This document shows, one piece after another, positions 1 through 10,056 of a stretch of DNA of 64,000 nucleotides. The notes under the pieces were generated by a model. The model did not search any database. It was not told the DNA's origin and saw nothing but the letters and a program-made list of their open reading frames with translations. The DNA comes from a virus (taxonomy: Duplodnaviria > Caudoviricetes): positions 1 through 64,000 of the IMG/VR virus record IMGVR_UViG_3300023170_004399, one strand, 5' to 3'. The position numbers and the translations under genes are program-made. Each line of letters begins with the position of its first letter. The stretch's first letter is position 1.

Positions 1-16
1 CGAATATACTTTTTAC

Positions 17-841
17 ATGTCATCAGAATTTGAATCTTCTCTGAGAAATGTGTTTACTGCAATACTTCCTCACTGTGTTGTCGCTGTAATACAAACAAAA
101 GAACCCTTCGACAGCTGCAATCTCGCTTCGGAAGTAAGCAGAGCTGCAGCTATTGAAGGTTATGGACCTACGCTGTATGACTTAGTTATGTCGATAGAGG
201 AAAATGGAATAATTCCAGATAGGGGTTCTGTCAGCCGTTCTGCGAGAAAGGTATATCGTTTCTATGCAGAGAAACGGCCAGATATTGAGAAAAAATACTT
301 AGACCCAGATAGTGTCACGGATATAAGTAATGATGACTGTCCAGATCATGCTGGAAATAATAAAATGATAGAAAATGCGTACAAGGATGCTTTTGAATTA
401 TGGTTAAAAAGTTATGACCCGGGTCTATATGATGCTGTGGATAGCGTATATTTTAGTAAACACCCTTACACTGCTGTAAGGTTAATAAAAAAGTATTATT
501 CACAGGATTTTGTTATAGATGATATTGTTTCGCAGTGGGAGTCTGATAAAGAAAATATAGAAAGAAACTTATTTAAATTTTCACCAACTATAGTTTTTGA
601 ACCTAATGAAGAGTTAGACTTAAGCTTTAACACTGATTATGCAAAAGAAGCTTTTAAAAGTTTAACAAAAGCACACGAGGACTTTTTATTTATTTTAAAT
701 GAAATGGTTGAGGATATATTATACAATGGCTATGAACTTGAAGAATCATTTGCTGGCATGTTTGAAAAAATAAAGTCTAATACATACCAGAGTATATTAA
801 TTGGCTTTTTCGACGAGCACTACGCAGGAGCAGAAAATTGA
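17..841 (+). CDS. GNAT-like family paralog 1 (frame open to the window edge, probably 5-prime truncated)
   Basis: AAAIEGYGPTLYD...IIPDR.SVS.SARKVY motif shared with five nearby ORFs; no stop codon upstream in frame to position 2. Confidence 0.6.
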   Translation: MSSEFESSLRNVFTAILPHCVVAVIQTKEPFDSCNLASEVSRAAAIEGYGPTLYDLVMSIEENGIIPDRGSVSRSARKVYRFYAEKRPDIEKKYLDPDSVTDISNDDCPDHAGNNKMIENAYKDAFELWLKSYDPGLYDAVDSVYFSKHPYTAVRLIKKYYSQDFVIDDIVSQWESDKENIERNLFKFSPTIVFEPNEELDLSFNTDYAKEAFKSLTKAHEDFLFILNEMVEDILYNGYELEESFAGMFEKIKSNTYQSILIGFFDEHYAGAEN

Positions 842-1953
842 AAACTCTAAGAAAGCTAATACAAAATATAATAATAGAATCTAGTTACAAATCACCTAAG
901 AGTAATGAGGTGTTAGACAACATGGCACTATATCATGCAAGTGCGGGTGGCGGTGTTTTCATGGGCGGTTACACATGCATACTTTATGATAGGGTAAAAT
1001 TTTTAGAAGAAATGAAAAAAGTTATAGAAAAATCATATGAGGTTCACACAGATGCAGGAAATGCTGTTGCGGCCGCGGCTATAGATAACAGAGATGCTAG
1101 TACTGCTATTTATAATGAAATTTCTGATGAGTTTTATTCTGTGCTTTACGATTGCACTAAAGCAGCAATTAGAGCGGAAAACCAGGAGGGTGAAAATACT
1201 AATGGTGCAATGCAAATTACAAGAGCTGCAGCCATAGAAGGTTATGGTCCGACACTATATGATTTAACAATGTCTTATTTTGGAGATGGCATAACTTCTG
1301 ATAGAGAAGAAGTGTCGTCGTCGGCTAGAAAAGTTTATAACACTTATGCATTTAAAAGACCGGATATAGAAAAGAAATACCTTGATGGTGGTGATGCAAA
1401 AATTACTATGACTGATTTTGACGATACAGAATCCTATTGGAGTGACGACCCCCCGCTGCGACAAGCATATAACACTGCTTTTATGATGTGGCTTGAAAAT
1501 AATTTTGATAAAGATATTGTTGATATTTGCAAAAAACAAGGCTGGGCTGATAGAGCGAATTCGCCATTTATAATTATAAATTGGATGAAAAATCATTTTG
1601 GAAATGATAGCGAAACAGTAGAAGAAATAGAAGAACAATGGATGGAAGACCATTGGGAAATAGAACATGACTTACATAATGAAGTGCCATGGGATAGTAT
1701 TAAAGATGATTTTACAGAGAACGATCCTGACAGTGTGGCACTAGATTTAAGCTATAACACTAGTGCATTTTCTTGGGAACATAGTATATTGCAACGCAGA
1801 CACACAGATGTTAAAGGTGAATTAGGTGACCTTGTACATCATCTTAACAATTGGCACGGTTTAGAAGTAGATTTTTGGGAATTCTGTGAAGACCATGATA
1901 ATTATGACAGTATATTATTAAACTTTTTTAGAAAACGTATGGTAGAAAGATAA
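838..1953 (+). CDS. Leader-tagged (class A) GNAT-like paralog 2
   Basis: N-terminus MKTLRKLIQNIIIE; AAAIEGYGPTLYD...ITSDR..VSSSARKVY; close to ORF 17-841. Confidence 0.65.
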   Translation: MKTLRKLIQNIIIESSYKSPKSNEVLDNMALYHASAGGGVFMGGYTCILYDRVKFLEEMKKVIEKSYEVHTDAGNAVAAAAIDNRDASTAIYNEISDEFYSVLYDCTKAAIRAENQEGENTNGAMQITRAAAIEGYGPTLYDLTMSYFGDGITSDREEVSSSARKVYNTYAFKRPDIEKKYLDGGDAKITMTDFDDTESYWSDDPPLRQAYNTAFMMWLENNFDKDIVDICKKQGWADRANSPFIIINWMKNHFGNDSETVEEIEEQWMEDHWEIEHDLHNEVPWDSIKDDFTENDPDSVALDLSYNTSAFSWEHSILQRRHTDVKGELGDLVHHLNNWHGLEVDFWEFCEDHDNYDSILLNFFRKRMVER

Positions 1954-2987
1954 TGACTTATAGTTTAGAAAAATTGTTATTTGAGAATTACGTTAATCCT
2001 GGTGTAAGTAACCACTATACATATGTTTACGAAGGAGCTGACAGTACTGGAACTGAATGTATAATGATTGCTTTATTTAACAAAAGCTTGATCGATGAAT
2101 ACATCAACTGTGCAAAACAGAATATTGCACCGACTAGTCAGCTGACGAAACTTGGCAAAAAATTTATTGAAGCAATAAACGATGCAAATAATAATGACGG
2201 TGCTTTAAGAAAAGTTGCACCATTGGTAAAAAAATATTACATGTATGAACCATTTGAGTTTGAAGAACCGCAAGCAATTGATTTATATGGCGCAGATGAA
2301 TATCGTGGTGATCTTTGGATGTTCTTTGCTTCAATTGATGGAATGATTAAAGCAAAACCGACTAGTTCCTCAAAAAATTCTTATTACATTGAATACACTG
2401 CAGCGCACATAGGCTCTAAATTTGGGCCACTAATGAAAGATATGATGTTATCACATTTGCATCCAAAAATCATGGTTCCGGATAGAGGGCAAAAAGAAGT
2501 CGGCAAACGTGGGAACAAAAAGGTAATACCTTCAATTACTGATGCTGCTATGAATTTTTATAAATACATAAGAAATAAAAATCTTTTCGACAAATATGAT
2601 TTTATATTAATGGACTCTGAAAAAGAAAAAATAACTAGTACTAACTTAGATGATTTGCCATCATTACACAACTATAATACAAACCATAAACTTTCTGCTG
2701 TAGATTTAGAAAATAGAGATGCTCCTATTGTATATAACCCTGCACTTGATGGTATTTTATCTGATGGTGATTTGTATGACATAGGTGTAAAAATAAAACA
2801 AAAAGTATCGGTGCAAAACAATAATGCCATTATATATGAAGCTTTACAATACTTTAATGCATTTTTTATGGAGTTCGGCCATGATGATGCACCAAACGAT
2901 CAGTGTTTATTAGAATTAATAGAATCATATTTTGGATGTATTTATAAAGACAACACTTGGTGGAAACCATATCAGAAGGTGAAGTGA
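1953..2987 (+). CDS. Divergent GNAT-like paralog 3 with variant leader
   Basis: MTYSLEKLLFE; FGPLMKDMML...MVPDR...SITDAAMNFY. Confidence 0.5.
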   Translation: MTYSLEKLLFENYVNPGVSNHYTYVYEGADSTGTECIMIALFNKSLIDEYINCAKQNIAPTSQLTKLGKKFIEAINDANNNDGALRKVAPLVKKYYMYEPFEFEEPQAIDLYGADEYRGDLWMFFASIDGMIKAKPTSSSKNSYYIEYTAAHIGSKFGPLMKDMMLSHLHPKIMVPDRGQKEVGKRGNKKVIPSITDAAMNFYKYIRNKNLFDKYDFILMDSEKEKITSTNLDDLPSLHNYNTNHKLSAVDLENRDAPIVYNPALDGILSDGDLYDIGVKIKQKVSVQNNNAIIYEALQYFNAFFMEFGHDDAPNDQCLLELIESYFGCIYKDNTWWKPYQKVK

Positions 2988-4160
2988 ATGATTGACTTAA
3001 GGAAATATATAAGAAATGTTATCACTGAAAAAGGTGAGAAGCTAGCACAGATGGGTGACTTACTTCACCACCGATCTAGTAGATACAAAGGTACCCAAGC
3101 AAAACAGCTAAAACAGTTTTTTCAGAAAACAACTGGTGGAGCAAAAGGGCAAAGTCGATTAAAAGATGGTTTAACCTATATTCATTGGGCACCTTTTCAA
3201 CAAGCGGTCGATTTATATTTTAATGTACGTGGTCGACAAAGAAATGAGATTAATACATATATCCACAAAACTGAAGAAACTTTCGAACCTTTTAAGCTGA
3301 TGGATGAGCATGTTATAGGCATTGTGATTGATGGATATGTAACATTTGCCTCAAAAGTTGATTTAGATTCGGGTCGGCCGGGTAGATTTTTAAAGTTGTT
3401 AAAGTCGTATGACAAAATAGTAAAAGCCAAGCGTGATCCAGGTCTAAAAAAGTACATTACACATCGTGACAGAGAAAATTATAATAAGTTGGTTACAATG
3501 TTAAAACCGACTGAATTAGCATATATGTATAACCAATACAAAACTAGTGGCGTACCTTCTAGACCTGACGTTGCATCTCTTGAAACCCGCGCCTCTAAAT
3601 CAAGAGAATACATTGAAGCACTTGAACAGGGTGATGATGATGCAGCTGACAATATTAAATACGGTAGCGATGACGTCATGTTGCAAGATAAAGAAGGCGA
3701 AATTAGCAATATATATGATATAATAATAAAAGGAAAAGAGGACTTAAATCCTTTTGATGACATACTAGATGATGATGGAAACCGCGGCATGGATTTAAAC
3801 TGGCCAGAAGCTATCATTGACAACTGGGAAATTGTAGCGATTTGTATACCTAGTGAAATGAAACAAGCATTTTTTAATTCTGAAGCATCTGATAATTTTT
3901 TCCATGATACATGTTATGATGATATACCAATAATTGATGAAGATGGCTACTTAGATATAGATTTTTATGATGCATGTGCAGTAGAAAAAGAAATTATGAT
4001 AGAAGATGAATTGCGATTTGAAGAAGAAGATTTAGATGACAGTACAAAAGATATGTACAATAGGTTTTTAGAAGATGTTGATGGAGATAGTTTTTTAGAC
4101 ATATTCTCGCCTAATGTTAAGAAAAACCATGAAATGAATAAAGCTAATAAAATATACTAG
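2988..4160 (+). CDS. Leader-tagged protein, domain shared with 13466-14929 (possible divergent ART fold), acidic tail
   Basis: MIDLRKYIRNVITE; YIHW, GIVIDGYVTFAS, EAIIDNW. Confidence 0.5.
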   Translation: MIDLRKYIRNVITEKGEKLAQMGDLLHHRSSRYKGTQAKQLKQFFQKTTGGAKGQSRLKDGLTYIHWAPFQQAVDLYFNVRGRQRNEINTYIHKTEETFEPFKLMDEHVIGIVIDGYVTFASKVDLDSGRPGRFLKLLKSYDKIVKAKRDPGLKKYITHRDRENYNKLVTMLKPTELAYMYNQYKTSGVPSRPDVASLETRASKSREYIEALEQGDDDAADNIKYGSDDVMLQDKEGEISNIYDIIIKGKEDLNPFDDILDDDGNRGMDLNWPEAIIDNWEIVAICIPSEMKQAFFNSEASDNFFHDTCYDDIPIIDEDGYLDIDFYDACAVEKEIMIEDELRFEEEDLDDSTKDMYNRFLEDVDGDSFLDIFSPNVKKNHEMNKANKIY

Positions 4161-4169
4161 GAAAACAAA

Positions 4170-5177
4170 ATGAAAACATTAAGAAAATATGTAAGAAACC
4201 TATTAACAGAATTGTCTGTATTTGATTATAAAACTCAGCCGGCTGATGAAGGTGAGTTGTTAACTGTTTTACAATCAGAGTTAGATGTTGAAAAGTTAAA
4301 TAACATAGAACAGCCGACAGGCGAGTTTACGCCAAAACCTCATGGCTTATTTTATGCTTGCGGTGATGAGTGGCTTCGATATGTTAAAAATCCTGATAAT
4401 ATGATGGGTCAGTTTAAAAAAGGAAGAGCTTTTCTGTACAGATTAGAAGTAAATTATACAACCATTGACAAACCTGATGCTAATGCAGTTTGTAAAATAG
4501 ATAGTGATGAAGCATTTGAAAAATTTACTAGTATATACGTTAAAGGTGAGAGTTTTGCCTCACCTGACTGGCATGCAGTTGCTGACGAGTTTGCGGGTAT
4601 TGAATTTTGCCCTCTACCACATGGACCGCGCTGGCTAAGTGGATATGATATTGATCAGGGTTGTGTATGGAACAAAGCTGCAATCAAATCTCATAAACTA
4701 TTATTCCATGACCCATCTAATGAAATCAAACCAAAACCAGCTTCCATAGGTCAGGCTTTCGAAATGTATCCGGAAATCTACGAGTTGCTTGTTGACACTC
4801 ACGATATTGATGATAGAGGTTATGTACCCGGAAATGATCCAATGTGGAGTGAAATGTCGGTGGAAGAATTTATTGATCAAGAGTACGAAGACCCCGGAAG
4901 TTCAAATTTTTGGCGAAGCGGCTATTTCAGCGACATCGACAGAGCAATTATGGCACTCGCTGTGGTAAAGGAAGATGGTTTAGACCTAGGCATGCTTACT
5001 TATTCAAGTGTTGATTTGGACGATGTAGCGAAACAGGTGGAAGAAGCTTGCAAAAAATTTGGTGTAATGATGCCTGAAGACCTCGAAGATAAAATTAGCG
5101 ACATGCAGTGGAACAGAGATGTAGATGAACAAATTGGACCAGGTTGGTCTAGCTCTCAAATAGACAAGTATAGATAA
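4170..5177 (+). CDS. Leader-tagged two-domain protein (KPxGL...GI...D..CVWN N-domain; C-domain related to the next ORF)
   Basis: MKTLRKYVRNLLTE; KPHGLFY, FAGIEF, YDIDQGCVWN. Confidence 0.5.
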   Translation: MKTLRKYVRNLLTELSVFDYKTQPADEGELLTVLQSELDVEKLNNIEQPTGEFTPKPHGLFYACGDEWLRYVKNPDNMMGQFKKGRAFLYRLEVNYTTIDKPDANAVCKIDSDEAFEKFTSIYVKGESFASPDWHAVADEFAGIEFCPLPHGPRWLSGYDIDQGCVWNKAAIKSHKLLFHDPSNEIKPKPASIGQAFEMYPEIYELLVDTHDIDDRGYVPGNDPMWSEMSVEEFIDQEYEDPGSSNFWRSGYFSDIDRAIMALAVVKEDGLDLGMLTYSSVDLDDVAKQVEEACKKFGVMMPEDLEDKISDMQWNRDVDEQIGPGWSSSQIDKYR

Positions 5178-5189
5178 AGAGTACTGATT

Positions 5190-5747
5190 ATGAAAAATTT
5201 AAAAAAATATATTAGGAATATTTTAAGAGAATCTATCAACATGCAATGGTTAAGCTGGAATACTTTCAGTGATTGTTACTATGGTTTAAATGATAAATTT
5301 CGACAAGACTTTGATGAGTGTTTACGTGAGGGCATGATAGGCGAAGAATGGTATAGTACTGTTGAAGATGTAGATGAAATGGCAGAAGAAGAAACATTAG
5401 AGGATAAATTTCATGACTTGGCACGTCACACTTTTTGGAGCTGGGATGTAGATATTTTTAGAAAATACTCAAATCTACACACACCAGATAGAGTTATGAT
5501 TGCCCTTTGGTTTATTGCTAATAAGAAAACATACATTGGTAACTTTGCATTTAGTGTTAGAGATACTGATGAACTGAGGCACATTGCTGAACAATGTAAA
5601 GAAGTAATAGACATGTATGGACTGGTGCCATCTTTTAAAGATGAGATAGACGAACAAACTCGATCAGCCACAGGCATAAGAAATACAGATGATGCTGTAG
5701 GAAATATTCGACCATTTAAACATACACATGGAGGACAAGAAGAATGA
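5190..5747 (+). CDS. Leader-tagged hypothetical protein
   Basis: MKNLKKYIRNILRE; DRVMIAL...IG..FS..D.D segment resembles the C-domain of 4170-5177. Confidence 0.55.
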   Translation: MKNLKKYIRNILRESINMQWLSWNTFSDCYYGLNDKFRQDFDECLREGMIGEEWYSTVEDVDEMAEEETLEDKFHDLARHTFWSWDVDIFRKYSNLHTPDRVMIALWFIANKKTYIGNFAFSVRDTDELRHIAEQCKEVIDMYGLVPSFKDEIDEQTRSATGIRNTDDAVGNIRPFKHTHGGQEE

Positions 5748-6214
5748 CAGAAATATTAGAAATGTTATTAGACCACGGCTCATTAGGAATATTTGCAGCA
5801 TTCTTAATATGGCTTTATACAAATATGCAAGCCAGAATGGATGCACTAGTAGATAGGTTTCAGGTTCAACTAGAAGAAATGCAAAACATTCACAAAGGTG
5901 ATCAAGAATTACTGCGTGAAAGATATGATGATGTCATAGCAAAGTATGACAGTGAAAAGAAACAAATGAGGTTGCAAATTAAACAAAGAGTAGAAGCTGT
6001 TGGATCAATAGTGCAAAAAATAGATCAGAAAACTTCAAACTTTTTAGTTAAGCAAGATGCTGACGGTGATGACATAGATTTTATAAAAAATCAAGTCGGT
6101 CAGATAAATGAACAAGTTAAAAACATAGGTGAATTAGTAAAATCGATGGACCAAGAAAATCGTGTTAGAAATCTTGTTGCCATGGCTCACGGTGATACAC
6201 TACCACCAAAATAG
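5744..6214 (+). CDS. Single-TM coiled-coil membrane protein (holin-like or anchor), no leader
   Basis: GSLGIFAAFLIWLY hydrophobic segment followed by heptad-rich helix; GGAGG upstream. Confidence 0.55.
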   Translation: MTEILEMLLDHGSLGIFAAFLIWLYTNMQARMDALVDRFQVQLEEMQNIHKGDQELLRERYDDVIAKYDSEKKQMRLQIKQRVEAVGSIVQKIDQKTSNFLVKQDADGDDIDFIKNQVGQINEQVKNIGELVKSMDQENRVRNLVAMAHGDTLPPK

Positions 6215-6222
6215 AGGGCAAA

Positions 6223-6918
6223 ATGAAACATTTGCGATTATACATACAAAACTTGCTAAGAGAGATGGCAGCACCTAGCACTGATCACTCTGACACTGTT
6301 TATTATCATGGTACACCGATTGAAAAATATGCAAAGTCTATAATGTCAGCTGGCGAGATAAAACCACCCGATCTATCAAATAGGTCAGGTCCGCTTCGAC
6401 CAGTAGATGGTATGGTTTATATAACACCAAGTATTGCGACCGTACAAATGTATGCACTTGGCGGAGATATGGCGGGTCATGGCACATCAAAGTTAGAGGA
6501 AAAGTATGGTAGATACGGATACGTATTTGCAATTGCTGGCAAAGATTTATCTAATATACATCCAGATGAAGATAGCATAGGAGAAATGATATACAATAAA
6601 GAGGTGCCCTGGCTTGACCAAATGGCAAAATATTATTTAGAAGAAGAGCCATACGATGATGAAGGACAAGGTTTGGGTTACTATAGTTTGTATGATGCCT
6701 TAGTTGGCGGTGAATATGATGCTTTTGCGACGGGGGGAAGATATTTAGTAGATGTAATGAGTGATGAAGAAAAATTAAGTTTGATTGATATGGGTGCTGA
6801 CATTGCTCACGAAGGTCCATTGAAACCTATGGCTGTTTATAGACTTGACAGAAGAAAATCAAAATTATTAAAAAGAGATGGCTCTAATTTTTTTGACATA
6901 GCAGAGAAAGTAAAATGA
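6223..6918 (+). CDS. Leader-tagged H-Y-E-type ADP-ribosyltransferase-like protein
   Basis: MKHLRLYIQNLLRE; YYHGT...SIM..GEIKP, VYITPS...MYA, YVFAI, PDED. Confidence 0.6.
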   Translation: MKHLRLYIQNLLREMAAPSTDHSDTVYYHGTPIEKYAKSIMSAGEIKPPDLSNRSGPLRPVDGMVYITPSIATVQMYALGGDMAGHGTSKLEEKYGRYGYVFAIAGKDLSNIHPDEDSIGEMIYNKEVPWLDQMAKYYLEEEPYDDEGQGLGYYSLYDALVGGEYDAFATGGRYLVDVMSDEEKLSLIDMGADIAHEGPLKPMAVYRLDRRKSKLLKRDGSNFFDIAEKVK

Positions 6919-7604
6919 AACAATTAAGAAAGTATATAAGGAACATATTGTTAACAGAAGGGATGTATACACCATCACTAATGAAAGACAAAAACATCCA
7001 TATAGTATTCAAAGTTGGTCCATCTCAGATCTGGCTTCAGGCTCAGAAAAGACCAGCAACAGGAGATCCAAATCCCAGGTTTGGGAACGTTGGGCAGTTA
7101 TATTTGGTTTGGCAAAATGATAACTACTATGGGGAAGGCAACTGTGATAGCGCTTGGTCTGTTGAGGATGCTGGCATTGTTGAATCTGTCTCTGGCTTAG
7201 GTCCACTCTTATATGATCTTGCGATGGAGTTTGCTGGTGAAGATGGGATCATGTCTGATCGGCATATAACATCTTTAAAGGCAAGAAAAGTCTGGTATCA
7301 TTATCTAGGAGCTCGGGATGACGTTGAAGCAATATTGCTTGATTACAGAGATGAACCGTGGATAACACCGAACGATCCTTCTGACGATTGTTCCCAGAGG
7401 CAGTATGATGGATCCAAATCCTCGAACGAAATAGATGAGTTAACTTATGCAAATCACTTTTCAACAAACAAATTTATAAAGAAACCTATGCATACTAACA
7501 CGATAAATGCTTTATACGATATGGGATTGCTTACGTTCAAATTTATCATGAACGGAGAAGCAGTACATGGAGATCGGGTGAGAGCTATGGGGATTGAAGT
7601 ATGA
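6915..7604 (+). CDS. Leader-tagged GNAT-like paralog 4
   Basis: MKQLRKYIRNILLTE; GLGPLLYDLAME...IMSDR..TSLKARKVW; DDC. Confidence 0.65.
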   Translation: MKQLRKYIRNILLTEGMYTPSLMKDKNIHIVFKVGPSQIWLQAQKRPATGDPNPRFGNVGQLYLVWQNDNYYGEGNCDSAWSVEDAGIVESVSGLGPLLYDLAMEFAGEDGIMSDRHITSLKARKVWYHYLGARDDVEAILLDYRDEPWITPNDPSDDCSQRQYDGSKSSNEIDELTYANHFSTNKFIKKPMHTNTINALYDMGLLTFKFIMNGEAVHGDRVRAMGIEV

Positions 7605-8890
7605 ATCATTTACGACAATATATAAGACAAACAATTAATGAAAGCATTAATTTATTAGGTCACGATAAAGCATTAAACACTATTATTGCACATAAAGATA
7701 AACTAGTTTCAGGCGAATCAACAGAAGGCAGAAATACTGTGCATTATTCAACAGCAGAATTTCCATATCGCACACCTCTACTTGAAATCGGCAATTACAT
7801 ACATGCAAGTTTAAAAATAGATAATAAAAATTTAGATGATGCAATAAATGATTTAATATTTGAAATGTTTGAACAGGATTATTTCGAAAATGTTAATCAA
7901 AAAAACCGGTTTAAAGGTAGCACTGTAGAAAAAATAAAAAATGAACGTAACGTGCTTTATGAAAAAAGGGAAAAATTAATCAAAAAAACCAGTGAATTTT
8001 GTGCTGAAAATCGGCGAGATATAGATATGTTTATTGGCTTTCGAATACTAGCTGGTTTTGCAATGCTAGGTGCGGAAGGAAGATTTAAGGCAGATATTGC
8101 TAATAATTTGCCGACAGGCGATGGTATTGAGATGCCAATAATAGATATGAAACTTAAAACTGCCATGTCCAAGAGAGCAAATGCTACTATTATACATGAA
8201 TTTATACATTTTTTACAGTTTGTTGGTTCATATTGGTTGTTACTTGGAAGAATAGTTGTACAACGTTTAAACAAAATTAAGAAAATTGAAATTAGTGATA
8301 GTGCTGCCAGCCTACTTTCAGCTGACAGAAAAGGCGCTTTTTATAAACAAAATCTAGCAGACTACAAAGAAACAATTAAAAAGAACGATATAACGCTTAC
8401 TTATAGTCATCTTTTTGATATTGATAACAAAGATTTTATTTTCGGTGGCGTAAAATTTAAAGATCTTTTGTCAAAACAAAAAAAAATACAGATTAAAAAA
8501 GTTTATCCTACTACAGACTATTTTTTAGAGTCACATGAAGTACAAGCTCACATATACCACACAGCTGTTGAATACGTACAGGATAATTTTGATACAATAC
8601 AAAGCAAATTAGAAAATGAAGATTTTGATCAAGCATTTACTGCAATAGCAAATGATTTAGTCAACATTAACAAAGCTCCTACTGGTATCAAACGTTTCTT
8701 TGATGATATGTTTTCTATGTTTCAAAAATATGATTACAACTGGACCGTTAAAAATTATAATAAAATAGCATCAGAGTTTCCAGATAAAGATAAGTTTAAA
8801 AACATGTTAGTTAAACAATTGTCACGTGCAATTAAAAAAGAATATTTAAGACAAAAGATGAACAAGTTTAAAAATTTGAGAATACCATGA
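7601..8890 (+). CDS. Leader-tagged zincin-like metallopeptidase
   Basis: MNHLRQYIRQTINE; TIIHEFIHFLQ (HExxH) plus distal YFLESHEVQAH. Confidence 0.6.
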   Translation: MNHLRQYIRQTINESINLLGHDKALNTIIAHKDKLVSGESTEGRNTVHYSTAEFPYRTPLLEIGNYIHASLKIDNKNLDDAINDLIFEMFEQDYFENVNQKNRFKGSTVEKIKNERNVLYEKREKLIKKTSEFCAENRRDIDMFIGFRILAGFAMLGAEGRFKADIANNLPTGDGIEMPIIDMKLKTAMSKRANATIIHEFIHFLQFVGSYWLLLGRIVVQRLNKIKKIEISDSAASLLSADRKGAFYKQNLADYKETIKKNDITLTYSHLFDIDNKDFIFGGVKFKDLLSKQKKIQIKKVYPTTDYFLESHEVQAHIYHTAVEYVQDNFDTIQSKLENEDFDQAFTAIANDLVNINKAPTGIKRFFDDMFSMFQKYDYNWTVKNYNKIASEFPDKDKFKNMLVKQLSRAIKKEYLRQKMNKFKNLRIP

Positions 8891-9732
8891 AAAATTTACG
8901 AAAATATATTAGATCAATATTAGTTGAAGCAAATGATTTGCCGGATGAAAAGATATGGAGTTTGTTAAGCCTAATAAAAGATCCACATTTACACATAAAA
9001 ATGGCTGACGCGGGTGATGGATACATTAAACTATTTAATGGTGATTTGTTGTTAGTAACAATAGACTTTTTGTACACAAGAACTAGTCATATGAGAAAAG
9101 GTAAATATAAAACAGCTTTCGGCCCATGTAATGATGCATATATGGTTAAGTGGGCAAAGGCACATGTCCTGGGTTTTGGACCAGTGTGCTACGATGCATT
9201 AATGGAATGGGTGTATTTAATCGGCGGTCACGGATTGGTTAATGATAGATATGAAGTTTCTGTAGCAGCGCAAGAAGTTTGGGAAAAATATCTTAAATTG
9301 AGATCTGACATAGAAACTGTGCAATTAGATTTGCCGGGCAGTCCATTGACAGACGACCCAGAAGATGATTGCGCAGATATTATGAGTGCAGACAAATGGA
9401 GTATGGAGCAACATGGCAAAACCATAGATATTGGTGTAGAAAATGCATACCCTGAAGTACAAGAATTGTATGGCCCGGCAGATGACCCAATGGAATTATA
9501 TGGATATTTTGTTGATCACCAGGATGACGTTTTAAAAAACACTGCAAAGCCTTTAGCTCCTTCATCGAAATATTTAAAATATGTTCAGGACCCAAACAAT
9601 GTATTTTCAAAAGTTTATTACAAAAAAAACCCGGGTCTTCTAACGTGGTTTGCAAGTAATAAGCGATTAAAACTCATGAGTCCTTTTGCAAAAAGTCAAA
9701 AAAATAAAATAGATGCTTTAATAAATGGGTAA
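8887..9732 (+). CDS. Leader-tagged GNAT-like paralog 5
   Basis: MKNLRKYIRSILVE; GFGPVCYD...LVNDR.EVS.AAQEVW; DDC. Confidence 0.65.
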   Translation: MKNLRKYIRSILVEANDLPDEKIWSLLSLIKDPHLHIKMADAGDGYIKLFNGDLLLVTIDFLYTRTSHMRKGKYKTAFGPCNDAYMVKWAKAHVLGFGPVCYDALMEWVYLIGGHGLVNDRYEVSVAAQEVWEKYLKLRSDIETVQLDLPGSPLTDDPEDDCADIMSADKWSMEQHGKTIDIGVENAYPEVQELYGPADDPMELYGYFVDHQDDVLKNTAKPLAPSSKYLKYVQDPNNVFSKVYYKKNPGLLTWFASNKRLKLMSPFAKSQKNKIDALING

Positions 9733-9735
9733 AAA

Positions 9736-10056
9736 ATGAATAAGTACAAAGCTAAATTGATAAAATGCTATGCAGATGGCTCTATAGAAGTTGATATTGA
9801 TTTAGGCTTTAGTATTACATATCGCGCAAAGATGTTTAAATTTATTTCAGCTGCTGATGAAGAAGATTTACCAGATGAAATTTCTATTAAAAAATTAGAA
9901 AGTAAGTTGCTTGCTAGCGCCATAATTATTGAAACAAACAAACGTACTCGTGGTGAAAATGCTTGGCTAGCAACAATAATATTAGAAAGTGGCAGAATTG
10001 AAAACTGGTTAGTTACAGCGGGTTATATAGTTAACAAACCAAAGGCAAAAGTATGA
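9736..10056 (+). CDS. Degenerate thermonuclease (SNase)-like protein
   Basis: YKAKLIKCYADGSIEVDIDLGF matches the phage SNase start pattern YxAK..RV.DGDT..VDIDLGF, but catalytic motifs are altered. Confidence 0.5.
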   Translation: MNKYKAKLIKCYADGSIEVDIDLGFSITYRAKMFKFISAADEEDLPDEISIKKLESKLLASAIIIETNKRTRGENAWLATIILESGRIENWLVTAGYIVNKPKAKV

